Origin: Takakia lepidozioides
Taxonomy: Eukaryota; Plantae; Bryophyta
Reading direction: 5' to 3'
DNA length: 64,000 nt
Assembly: GCA_030704615.1 (NCBI GenBank)
Contig: CM060732.1
Coordinates: 13,454,001-13,518,000 of the forward strand
In this document: positions 30,128 through 41,061 of the stretch, one piece after another
Position numbering within the stretch: the first letter of the stretch is position 1
Layout of the letters: every line of letters starts with the position of its first letter
Notes under the pieces: generated by a model
The model's database searches: none
What the model was told of the DNA's origin: nothing
Seen by the model: only the letters and a program-made list of their open reading frames with translations
Position numbers and translations under genes: made by a program

Positions 30128-33100
30128 ATGGCAGGTGAAGGGCGTGAGGACGTGAGGACAGCAGATCCGGCAATGGAGGTTGTTGATGCACATGCAGTAG
30201 GGCCCGCCCACGCAAAGAAGAAGAAGAAAGCCAAGCACATGCAATCCCCGGCGAGAGAGCCGTCACGGGCTGCGGAGGGGGGAGTGAGCAGTGCGCGCGA
30301 GGGTGTCAGTTCTCCTCAATCAAAGGTGGTCGTCCTGGAGGGCTCCCCTGCTGCTAGCCCTAGTAAGAAACAGAAAGCCCGTGAGAGGGCAAAAAGAAAG
30401 AACAGGCGAGACAGAAGGCTAGCCAGGAGGAAAGAGAAAAGGCCACTGAAGAGGCCAGGGGTGCCCCGAAATGACAGATGCCCATGTAAGCGAGGGACGC
30501 ACAGAGACGGTGGATCCCTCCAAGACACCACAAAGAGGCAGTAACACACCGGTTACACCATCGCGGACAAGAGCAGCCCCCGCAATTACCCATACGGTGG
30601 AGAGTGGAGGGAGGAGAGGAAAGAACACCACAAAGAGCACGGATTGTGCAAGTTCCAGTAGAGACGAGAGTGCTCGAGTGGTTTCGCCGGTGGTTGACCA
30701 TGTTGAGGAGGACGACAGCTTTCTGACCAGGATGACATCCTCCCGGACATCCCCAGGCCCCAAACCCGCAGCATACAGGCTGGATTTGGCGGTCCTGGTG
30801 GGCTGCCGGAGAACCCCTCTGCAGCAGACGTCATGTCGGAGGCGGATATGAAGTTGGCCGCTGCCAAGATGTTGGAGGCAACCCACAGCAACATTGGCAG
30901 GGTGCTGGGGGGCATGGTGTACCCGGCCAAGCTTCGAATTCCCCTTTGCCGCTTGGTGTCATTGCAGGTGGTGAGACCTGCCCTCCCAGGCGATATCGAC
31001 AAGCTGAAATTCTCTTTCCGGGATGGATATCGAATGGGGTCTGCCGCGTTTTACGTTTCCATTGAGAACGACCACGGAGCTTCCCGTGCCCACACTTCCG
31101 ATGAGGTGGACAAATGGGGTCCCCATTGGCAAAGGCGAAATGAGGAGTTCGAGAGATCGATTGCTACTGATCCTCTTTTCCAGCACTTGTCCGGAAAGAT
31201 GTTTTACGTGTGGGACGGCAATCATCGCCTCCTGGCATGGATGGAGCACATAGCCGAAGCCCACCCCAACGACCTCGATTGGCATTTCGCCGTGGAGTGT
31301 GTTGTGCTGAAGGTTGCGGGGCCCAAAGATCGCAGTCTTCTCAAAGCTGCAATGGCGGACATCAACTCGTAAGTTACAACGCCTCTTGCTTTGGACCCAA
31401 AATTTGTAAGTCATTTCATTGCGAATCCTCATATTTGTTCAAAATTCCCATTTCAGTATTGTTTGATGGAAATGTGGCATTGCAGGGTGACTGAGAATGC
31501 CTTCATTGCCACCAACTTGTCCCATATGCTCTTCCGAGTGAAGGATGTCGGGAAGCAGGGGGTGCAAGAGTTTGCCAATTCGCTCAGTGCCGACCTCCTG
31601 CGCAAGTCGGAGGCAAAGGCAGACAGAACCTGGTATAGGCTGAGCATGGACGCCATGGTGGACTACATATTTCGGGTAAAGCTCCTGACTGTTTTGTTGA
31701 GCTAATCTGTCTCTCCTCCCCAATAGAAGAAAAAGTGTTGAGCAGGATCTCTAATCTTATGTGCGCATTCTTGACAGACGAAAATTCAGCAGGATTTGGC
31801 ACATGCGCGGAGGTTCTACATGGAGTCAGAGGAGAAGAATCTAACCCTCCCGGCACTCGAATCGTATCTCAAAGCTGCGGAGGCCAGGGCCCGCATAAAG
31901 TACAAGTCGCGGATGGTAAAGTACGTGGCCATAGCTGATCCCGCCCTTGGTGCGACTTTCTGGTGGAGGTGGGGAAGCACTACTCCCGCGCTCTGAAGCC
32001 CACGATGACATTGGAGAAGCTCCATCGTCTAGCCACATCCTGTGTGGATGCAACAGAAAAGGTGATACATTTAACCAAATTGTGGTGGCAACAACTCGTT
32101 TTTGTGGTGTTTGGCGCTTACGAATATGCTGGGTGGTTGGACAGACCCGGTGGCTCCAAATCTGGAATGGTTCCCAAAGTACAAGGGACATGTGGAGCTT
32201 CCCCAAACCGGACAAACTGTCTGACCCACATTCGACATGTGGATGAACCGCATGACATGGTGGTTTCAGGTACTTCCCCACGCTTCGTTTGGCGCTTCTA
32301 CTCTTGTAGGGGGTGGATTCATTGTATTTTTTCAGGAAAGCGATCTGATGGAGAATCTCCACAGGTGACGACGAATGCGCAAGAGCAGCTGGACACACAA
32401 GCACATCAGTTCAAGATGGAGATTCTCCTGCAGCAGAGAGCCTACGCGACTATGTGACGAGGTACTTTCTGCTGTACAAAGACCTATTCTTTCGGGAGAT
32501 ACCCCATGCCCGCCGGAGCCACGAGTTCACCGACCAGCCGAACGCGGACAAAGCAGCAATGCGCCTTCTGTACAGGTACATACGCGATGCCTTCCTTTCA
32601 AGTCCTTGCATTTCAGGATGTTAGAGGCCTCATGTGGCGCAAAAATTGGAAAATGGCGCCGAATTTCCAGTCAGGGCACCCAAAATGGCTAAGTCCCTAG
32701 AGTGGCTGGCACCGAAAACCGAAATTCGGCGCCATTTTTCCAGTTCAAGGCCCAGTCAGTTCTGGGACTTTTTCTTTTTCCCTGGGTTTTGGACTTAGCC
32801 ATTTCCTGGGAAAATGGCGCCATTTCCAGTTCAGGGCTCCCAAAATGGCTAAGTCCCTAGGGTGGCTGGCCGAAAACGAAATTCGGCGCCATTTTCCAAT
32901 TCCAGGGCCAGTCAGTTCAGGGACTTAGCCATTTTCGGCCCGGACCTGGGAAAATGGCGCCGAATTTCCAGTTCAGGGCTCCAAAATGGCTAAGTCCCTA
33001 GGGTGGCTGGCCGAAACCGAAATTCGGCGCCATTTTCCATTCCAGGGCCTCAGGGACTTAGCCATTTTCGGCCCGGACCTGGGAAAATGGCGCCGAATTT

Positions 33101-35605
33101 CCAGTTCAGGGCTCCCAAAATGGCTAAGTCCCTAGGGTGGCTGGCACCGAAAACCGAAATTCGGCGCCATTTTCCAGTTCTAGGCCCAGTCAGTTCCCCC
33201 AACCTGGGAAAATGGTGCCGAATTTCCAGTTCAGGGACCTCATTCTGTGTTTTCATGAATGCAGGTACTGCAAGTTCTCCCTTTTGGAGAAAGGTCATCT
33301 GTCTTTTGAGCCACCATTCTTCCTGGCATGGAGGAACCCTGGGGCTGACTCCATGTACACTGACGTTATTGTGAAGGAGTGGCATCTGGAACATTTGCGT
33401 GATTGCCCTTGGTATGTGGACCTTCCGCCCGGCTCGCTCGACCCATCCGAGTTTCAATTGAAGCTGGATGCTGAGGCCCGACGAAACCGGGCTCCGCTGC
33501 CTCCGCTGGGTCCAAAAGAGGCAAAAGCGCTTGCAAACTCCAGGAAAGCGGCAGAGCTTGCTCAGGCAGGAATTCAGGAGAAATTGAATGAGAAGAATAA
33601 AGGCCAAAGGAAAAGGACAAGGAAACAGGTGAGTACAGTAACACCCAAAAAAAAGAAAACCATCGGGGCATCGGAGGAGGCGCAGGAGGGGACCCAAGGG
33701 AGTGACTCGGACGACGACTTTTTCAAGGTCCTGCGACTGCTGTGCTGCTGCTACCAAGTCACCGGTCGTCCGGGTTCCCAAGTCAGTTCGGAGTGGGACT
33801 GGCTCTGCCAAGAAGTTGGCATTTGAGGGCGAGCCTACACGGCGGTATTCGGCGGTGACGTTTACGCACAGGCCAAAGCTAGAACCTCCAACCATCATCC
33901 AATGCGTCAATGAGAGCTTCCTTGACGCTCTCGCTGCCAGGGCGAAGAAGGTGGCACACAGCAAGTCTCTGGCGGAGCAGAAGGGGAAAGCCAAGAAGAG
34001 GGCTGCCGTACAGAGCCTAAAGACACCCCTGGTTTTGAAGCCATGATGGAATTCTTCACGGCTGTGAGCACGGATTGCAAGAGCACTCGGGGGGGGGGGG
34101 GGGGGGTGGAGAGAGCTTGCGATATGATTCTCCTCGACATTCCAGATGGGGAGCTGCTGGAGGGCCTGGATGGTGTGCCCAACTGGAACAGGTTTACTGA
34201 GGACTACTGGAAAGCCGGGTTTGGGCTGGCGGGGATGCTCCTGGATGACGGTGGATGTGTGGTTGTCCTTGCCACAAGAGGGAAGACCACAGAGAATGCG
34301 GTGGCAAGATGGACACCGAAAAGTGTCACCCCGGTCCTCCTCAGAAAATGGTTCTGCATCAATACACAGGGGTTGCGAACAGAGGGCCAAAGTGTAAGTT
34401 ATCAATCTATTGCATTCACCTCATATTGTGGTGTATCTAAACTAGATCCCGGAGTTATCCCTCTTTTGTTGGATGTGCAGACATTGGTGTTTGAGGCATA
34501 TTGCTTTGTGAAGAGAGGGTCTACGTTCAAATTCGCAACGACGGTCGTCTTGTTGATGCCGCTGTGGACCCTGTTACCTACGATGTCCTCTACAACTATG
34601 TGCCCCACTCCAGTATGCCGAAGGACACAAAGACAGGCAAACCGTGGCGGTACAGCCGGACCCGGAGCCCTGCTTTCATCCAAACCCTCATGGAGACGTG
34701 CTCGGATGTCCAAGGGCGGATTCTTGACCTCACATGTGGCACGGGTAAGCCTTCACGTGCTCAGTTTGTCCCCTGGCCCGATTGCAATTGCATGCCGCAA
34801 GCTATTAACCGCCCGCTTTGTTCCTCAGGTGCTTCAATGTGCGTTGTCCGACAGGCATGTGTTCGCCTTCGAGCCAGATTACTGCCCTCCACAACTCGGA
34901 ACTTGCAGCGGCTGAACGTCTGCCCAAAGAGGAAGAGGCACCCTCGGAGGATGAGGAAAAATCCGAGAAGGAGCAGGGGGAGGAACAAGTTGGGATCGAG
35001 GCCGAGGAGCCCCGGTTTACGAGTGAGTGGTCGCATTGTAAGTTGCCTCCAGATTTGTGAGGCACCTCCCTTCGCTCTCTTATTTCATTGAAAACCCTTT
35101 CTGCTTCTGCTGGTATTGACATTCTTGAAGTGGATTTGTTCTTACTGTAGGATGCCAAGTACTGCAGGAGGGACGTCTACCGGAGTTCATGGGCAGGAGG
35201 AACGTGCTTTTTTTGCCAGGGGGATTTCATGCCTAGTCCAGAAAGGGACTACATCCTTCCTACTTATGCTGCCGGCTTGCTTCGGTGTCCATTAGGAGGT
35301 CTTCCGAACCTAGTCGTGTACAACAGATTTTAGACGAGGCAAGCCTCAAGAAAATGAAGATGAGGGAGGAGGCAGCAGATATTAGAGCCCGTCGGGCTCG
35401 TAGATTTGTCTTGGATTCTGCTGAGGAAAGTGGGGGAGAAGAGGCAGAAGATTCCCAGGAGGTGAGGTGGACAGTCCCCCAAGGAGAGGACGGAATTTTT
35501 GAGAGGCATAGTGCAACCGATGCATCACAGAGCTCGGAGGATGGGGGGGATGAGGGGGATGAGGAAGAAGGAGGGCCAAGTTCCTCGGAAGGTGTAGGAG
35601 AGTAG
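30128..35605 (+). pseudogene. ParB/Srx-like domain + beta-class N4C/N6A DNA methyltransferase-like cargo gene, copy A2 (multi-exon, frameshifted)
   Basis: Basic low-complexity N-terminus; VRPALPGDIDKL...KMFYVWDGNHRLLAWM (30970-31243); DMILLDIPDG (DIPDG at 34136-34150); MLLDDGGCVVVL; KPWRYSRTRSPAFIQTLMETCSDVQGRILDLTCGTG/intron/...CALSDRHVFAFEPD; acidic tail. Start and end are approximate. Confidence 0.78.
32630..33240. repeat. Intronic GGCGCC-core array inside the ParB-MTase gene A2
   Basis: Repeats of GGAAAATGGCGCCGAATTTCCAGTTCAGGGCTCCCAAAATGGCTAAGTCCCTAGGGTGGCTGG between a donor near 32575 and an acceptor near 33263. Confidence 0.9.
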
Positions 35606-35778
35606 TTCCCATTCCTGCTATGTCAGTTAGGACACACTTGTATAGACGTGGCTTGCCACAAAATTTGCAATAAAATGTTGCATTTCATTGCTATGACGAG
35701 TCCACATGACCCTATTTCCGTGCCTCCTAACCCTATTTCCGTGGACACACAATGGCCCGCTCATGTTTTTTTTTTTTC

Positions 35779-35815
35779 CGCTCATGCTCATGCCGCTCAT
35801 GAAATAGCAGCCCCC
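35779..35815 (-). repeat. Right terminal inverted repeat of E2
   Basis: Inverted match to 23489-23526, followed directly by the TSD. Confidence 0.8.
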
Positions 35816-37100
35816 CGTTTTTGGGTCTCTAGAACCAAACACACACTGTACCGCATTCCAGTTTGCATGTGCGCTATCAGCCATGAATCCATTGAAGTTT
35901 GGATCAGGCACACCATTCGAACTCATTACGTTCACAAGAGACTTCCACATCAGAATTTGAGATTCGGTGTCAGGGTGGGCCCTATAAATGCTAGTGGGTG
36001 CCCGGAGGGCACCCCACGGTCCAGGGGCGGGTGAATTTTGTAGGGAACCCCAAGGGTATCAAGAGGCTGGAGAAGTATGTGATTTGAGTTGCCTTTTGTT
36101 AGTGATAATAGCAGTGAGGGAACGAAGCGCAGTCAGGTGGATAGCTTTGAAACATTTGTGTATAGGGGAGAGGGGAATTTTTGAAGTTGTTGTGGAGGGC
36201 AGAAATACTAGCGGTGTGGATGCCACCTCTAGTACCAGCGGAGATGACTGTGAGGGGGCTGGTGGTCCAGCCCCGGTGGCGGATGGTTGAGATGAGCGGT
36301 GCGTATTTTTTTTTTTTTCTAAGGTGGCGGGGGTAGGGTAGCGGTCATTACAGTATGTAAATTCGATGAAGTGTGTGATAAGTTCGGGTGGTGGGGCGTT
36401 TATGGGCAGCCCTTGTACAAGGAGTATGTCAGGGCAGTGTCTAGCGGGACATGAGCAGGGCGAGCAGGTCTTGCACAAATATGGTAACCTAGGGAGGTAC
36501 AGTATGGTCTGGGGGCCGGCCCTGATAGGTCCCAGCATTGATGAGAGAAAACCAACGTGTTTCAAGTCTATTTAGGAGCAGTTTATAGATATGCCAAACA
36601 ACATGATTATGATGGGTAAAACGAAGGCCATGGACGATTGGGTGCGTGCATTGACTAAGTAGATGAGGCCAGGTGTCACGCGCCTGGTGGGTGTTAGCAC
36701 AAAGTGGGCAGTTTGGGGAGGGATAGAGACGCGGCCAAAAAATGTGTTTGCGCTGGTGGCCCATGTATTGGGCATATCAAAATTAAGGGTTTGTTTTATT
36801 TGGGCATCCGTGGCGAGGTTAGTATGCCAGAAGTGATTAGATAATTTGTGGTGTAGTACCTCAGATTGTGTCCATTTTTGGACGTGTGATTTAGTGTGCC
36901 TGGCGGAGTTCGAGGCTTGTTTGTGGGCTTCACGTGTAAGGGTAGTGGTCAAATTGCGGATAGGACGGGGAGCTATAGTCATGACTCTTTGGTAAGTTGG
37001 ATCGTATACATCACAAGCCATGGTTGTCCAATCCTTCACACGTTTGACATGATTGAACATGAGCCACAATTTCTCCAGATCGCCTCCGGGCTGCATTAGA
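35816..37100 (-). pseudogene. Upstream catalytic-core part of the older MULE transposase T0, interrupted by a non-LTR insertion
   Basis: MQPGGDLEKLWLMFNHVKRVKDWTTMACDVYDPTYQRVMTIA (37100-36972), then DTESQILMWKSLVNVMSSNGVPDPNFNGFMADSAHANWNAVQCVFGSRDPKT (35971-35816). Continues in frame at 23479. Confidence 0.85.
35975..36968 (-). mobile_element. 5'-truncated non-LTR retrotransposon fragment with CCHC zinc knuckle and restriction-like endonuclease (Dualen/RandI-like)
   Basis: NCPLC...DTWPHLLSQC, RFTHHNH (RHN-like), CPDILLVQG...FIEFTYCND (PD-(D/E)xK-type RLE). Frameshifted. Confidence 0.7.
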
Positions 37101-37194
37101 TGGTACAACGGTTTGTAGCACAGGTGCTCAATGAGGATCAGTTTGGACATATATTGGAGAAGGGCCATCGGAGGTATCGGGCATTGGAGGGCGA

Positions 37195-37977
37195 ATGTCT
37201 GCATGGATTTGCCTATATTTTGATGCAAGCATCGATACGCCAAAGGATAGGGCAGTGGCTGAAGGCGCGATCATGGGAGGAAGGGTTGATCGGAATTGGT
37301 TAGCAGATTTGACAATCAATAGACCTACTGCCCTTGAAGTTTCTCAAGTGGACCTTGCGATGTTTGAGCGATGTCATTTCCCTGCAAACTCGGACTATGC
37401 AGATTTTGTTGGAAATGCAGAGGAGTTTTACCGTACTTCGGAGGATCGAACGATACCGGACTGGGAAGTATTGTTGTGGATGGGAAAGGATTATTGCCAC
37501 ACAGCCAAGGGGGACTAGATTGCCAAGTTGGGTTATCGGCCAGCGCCTATCAACATGCAATGGCCACGCAACATAATAGGGAATTTTGGAGTATGTTGTT
37601 GTCCTCGTCGTGGTCAATGGGGTGAGAATGAACATCTGACCTCTTTGCCCTATAACTGGCCGATAATTCCAGGAGAGTTCAGTACTTATGAGTCCTGCCA
37701 TGCTGCTTACAAATCTTTCCAGACAGTTCATGGAGCTCATAATGATCCTTTGTGTTTTATGGCTTTGATTTTCTGTGGAGTCTTGGCGATGTGGTGTGAC
37801 AAGTATCATCTGGTGGTTGATGTCAATAGATTTATGGTTGGCGGACATGAGTTTGGTATTGTCGCCAAATTGATGCATCATCCAGCTAGGTGGATCCGGG
37901 TTTTCGAATTGATGTGTCTGACCGGGTTTCTTCAAGACACTCATCCCAACATTTACAACGATTGGGGGTCTTCGTGA
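37195..37977 (+). pseudogene. Unknown ~260-aa reading frame with one internal stop (37516-37518), upstream of a PPT-like tract
   Basis: Two consecutive in-frame ORFs with globular, Trp/Cys/His-rich composition; no family recognised. Confidence 0.35.
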
Positions 37978-38140
37978 TATCACCCTTATGTTGCTTTCAC
38001 CAACGGACAGAAGGGGGGGTCTGATCGAGGTGATCATCGCCGGTCACAAGAGCCCGATACGAGGAATCCTTCTAAGGGGCCTAGAACTTAGCAATAGTAA
38101 TAGTGTTTGCGGGGGAGCTGCACAACTAGGAGTGGGGCTA

Positions 38141-39716
38141 TGTAGAATAATAGAAATTTTTGATTAAGATTTAATTCTAGGACTATTTAGTGCATTTTCT
38201 ACTCGATATACTCTGTGATACTATCGATATGGATTCGATATAGTAACATTGCTCGATATTTTATGATAATTGATAGTCTGACTTTAATCGATAATGAAGG
38301 AAATAGATGGATGACTATTTGGATGGATAGAAAAGGTTGAGCAGTTATAGAAGTTGTTGGAACAACTCTGCTATTTATTTCGTTCATGTGAATCATATGG
38401 TGTCAGATGAGCCGGAGAGCCATACCAGAGCAGAGTAGAGTGAGTAGGAGCTAGAAGATAGAGTTATTTCTCAATGGTAGATTAGTATTGTGTTATTGTG
38501 GTATAATGTTTGTGAATGAATAGAAGAGAAGAAGGAGAAAAAAGAAGTTAAATTCAATTTATTATGTATGAAGAATGGAATGATGGAAGGTGAGTCCAAT
38601 TCTGAATGCAATGATTGAAGAACTATGACTGTGTGAGATAATGAGAATGTGCACCATTGGAAGTGATGAAGATTCTGTGCGAGAATTAATCCTTGGGTTA
38701 CCAAGAGATGTATCGATCTTGATATTTAAGAGATTATTCTGTAATGATGCAGAATTAGTAATAATAGAGAGTGTAAGTAAAGCCTGGCAGAAGGAATTAT
38801 CAGTTCTATATAAACATCGTCATTTGGGACGTAAGTGGTTCAATATGTGGTGCTGTCCTTTAGATGAATATCCAGAATATATGAAGGAACAGATTAAAGA
38901 CCTTAGGATAGAAAGTCTTCAATTAAATTAATTGGGAGAAATAATAGTGAAGTAAAATCATTTGCATGGCAGAGACAAATGATGAAGGGATAAAAGGATT
39001 ATCGCAGTTGATTACTAATTTACCAGACCCTCTATCGATAAGAATCTAAGCTTTGTTGTAGTGATAAAGAGATACTCTCATTATAGCTAGTGAATAGAGG
39101 ATGGTACAGAGAATTATCGACTCTTTACATAAATTGTTATTGGAAGCACAATTGGTTGTAGATGTGGTATCGACCTTTTGAAGGCTATCTTGAACTCATG
39201 GGAGATGGAATAAGACCTTTGGTGAAGGAAAATCCCTGGAGGAATTGAATAAGCAAGATTGGTGGTGAACAACAATTGATAGTGATGTGTGGATAAGATG
39301 GAGTGGAAGATCCTCTAGAGTTAATTACAAGATTATCTGATAGTTTGTCGATAGATATCTTTAAGAGACTGCGTTGTAGTGACATAGAGATAATTAATCT
39401 ACAGCTTGTGAGTAAAGGATGGTATTGATTCTATATCGGGCAGATTACTGGAGGAGAGAATTAGATGAACAATGGTATTTAATCTCAGCCGATGGAATAG
39501 AGTTGGTAGAAGACGGAGGGCATATCTATGAAAGTGGGAGAGCATTAGTTGCTTTAGATTGAGGAAATCAATTGTAGAAATCTTTCTGCAGAGGGAATGA
39601 TAAGACGTAGCGTAGTAAAGCATCATTATTTTGCAGTCGTATAGTGCTTTCCCTGTGAACGAACATCGAAACTAATTGATCTTTTTCCTAGGGTTGATTC
39701 TAGTTTTTATTCTACA
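38141..39716 (+). mobile_element. Putative long (1576-bp) 3' LTR of a truncated LTR retrotransposon
   Basis: Bounded by the 10-bp inverted repeat TGTAGAATAA...TTATTCTACA and immediately preceded by purine-rich AGGAGTGGGGCTA. No partner LTR in the window. Confidence 0.45.
38641..39428 (+). pseudogene. Two degenerate F-box-like repeats
   Basis: ELILGLPRDVSILIFKRLFCNDAELVIIESVSKAW (38680-38790) and ELITRLSDSLSIDIFKRLRCSDIEIINLQLVSKGW (39318-39422), separated by stops. Confidence 0.55.
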
Positions 39717-39984
39717 TTACACGTCACAGCGAGGGTTGCGACTCATGGGCATCGTAGGAAGCTGGGGTTGCGACGCCTCAAATATGTTGCGACGCCGTGG
39801 GGTCGCAACCTCACCCTGTTCCCCTCCGAGGGTTGGGGGGGCGCCCGGTTATCAGCGTCACGTCCGTCCGTCAACGTCACGTCACGTCAGACCTGACGCT
39901 GACGGGACCTCTGCCACGTCAGGTTCCGAGAATATTCCAGTAAAACAAAACTACGTAAATTATTGCCACTTAAGCAGCCACGTT

Positions 39985-40339
39985 GCCGACACGGTGGCAA
40001 TGGCATTCTGGCGGTCGCTTTATATCTCGAAAAAAAAAAAAAAACGACCGCCATATTGGCAATCGCCTTATTTTACAAATAAAAATAAAACAATAGCTGC
40101 CCTATAGGCGGTCGCTTTATTTCAAACATAAAATAGAACGCGCGTACTTACGTTAAAAATATAAACAAAACAAGCGACCGCCATAGTGGCGGGCATTAAT
40201 TTAAAAAAAAAAAAAAAAAACAAGCAACCACTATATTGGCGGTCGTTTTATTTTAAGAATAAAAATAAAACAAGGGACCGCCCTACTGGCGGTCGTTTTC
40301 TTTCAGAAATAAAATAAGACACGCGACCGCCACATTGGC
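39985..40339. repeat. Array of GCGACCGCCA-N3-TGGCGGTCGC palindromes with A/T-rich spacers (left of the gypsy insertion)
   Basis: Directly visible; period about 50 bp; continues at 47324. Confidence 0.85.
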
Positions 40340-41061
40340 TGTCGCACACCTCACTTCGGTAAACTCCCCTTCAAGTCATAGTTACTCGCTTTGATGCGCG
40401 CGCCTAACTCCCAACCTGGCCGCCGGGCCAACTTGGAGCTTCGGCTGCTCACCGGGACATAACGGTCCCCCTTCGCTTCCCTCTAAAACCCTCCACCTAA
40501 TTGGGACTAGGAGAATTCCCTTTGGTAGATGGCAGTCCGGAACAGCTCCCCACTCTTTGGTCGCTTTCCGGCTCGCTCGCTTACTCACTAGTTTTTGGTC
40601 ACCAACGGGCTTGCACCGTTCTCGGGGTTACTACTCCCTATATATACTTCTTTAGCTGTCCGCGGGGGTTTCACAACCAGCCATGCCATTTTATGGCGAA
40701 CCACCACGAAACCCTCGATTCCCGGTGGTGAGTCGCGGTGAGTCTTGGCCCACTCACACCACGGCCCTATGGACCGTGATGAGTCCCAAGACTCCCCACG
40801 ACTCCCACCACGAGGTCTCCTCCCCCATGGTGAGTCCTATGCCACCCCCACTAAGTCCCACTAAGCTACCACCACCCCTTGTGGAGCCACCCCACCGCAA
40901 CCCGGTGTGCGGGCTCCACCTAGTGAGCGCCTCCGCCTCCTTGAGTGCCTTGGGCACTCAAGGGTGCTTCAGCCCCCGTACCTATCGGCTACTGCCCCCA
41001 CCACAGGGGCAGCCCCTCTGTGTCCCGACCCCCTGCCCTCAAGGCAAAGGGCCGCGCGACA
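40340..41061 (-). repeat. 3' LTR of the gypsy element
   Basis: Near-identical to 46592-47323; preceded on the minus strand by purine-rich GGTAGGGG. Confidence 0.93.

Larger units (their letters stand above)
23489..35815. mobile_element. 12,327-bp Mutator-like DNA transposon E2 with transposase and ParB-methyltransferase cargo gene
   Basis: Exact 9-bp TSD CGTTTTTGG at 23480-23488 and 35816-35824. Imperfect TIRs: GAGGTTAGCTATTTCATGAGCATGAGCGGCATGAGCGG vs CCGCTCATGCTCATGCCGCTCATGAAATAGCAGCCCCC. Removing the element and one TSD restores the host transposase frame QCVFGSRDPKT-PMQGRERTCLFHW. Confidence 0.9.

Noticed and set aside
20410-33240. GGCGCC palindrome arrays as CRISPR arrays
   Set aside because: Spacers are themselves repetitive, units occur in both orientations, there are no cas genes, and the context is a eukaryotic TE.
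33050-34405. 451-aa minus-strand ORF
   Set aside because: Antisense shadow of A2 exons running into the repeat array; no independent motifs.
15462-35605. Bacterial or phage contamination as the source of the ParB-MTase genes
   Set aside because: The genes have conserved spliceosomal introns and A2 lies within a TSD-bounded plant-type transposon between plant genes.
40398-40446. Twister-ribozyme-like GCCTAACTCC...GGAG in the LTR
   Set aside because: It lacks the conserved L4 loop and pseudoknot partners, and it lies antisense to the element.
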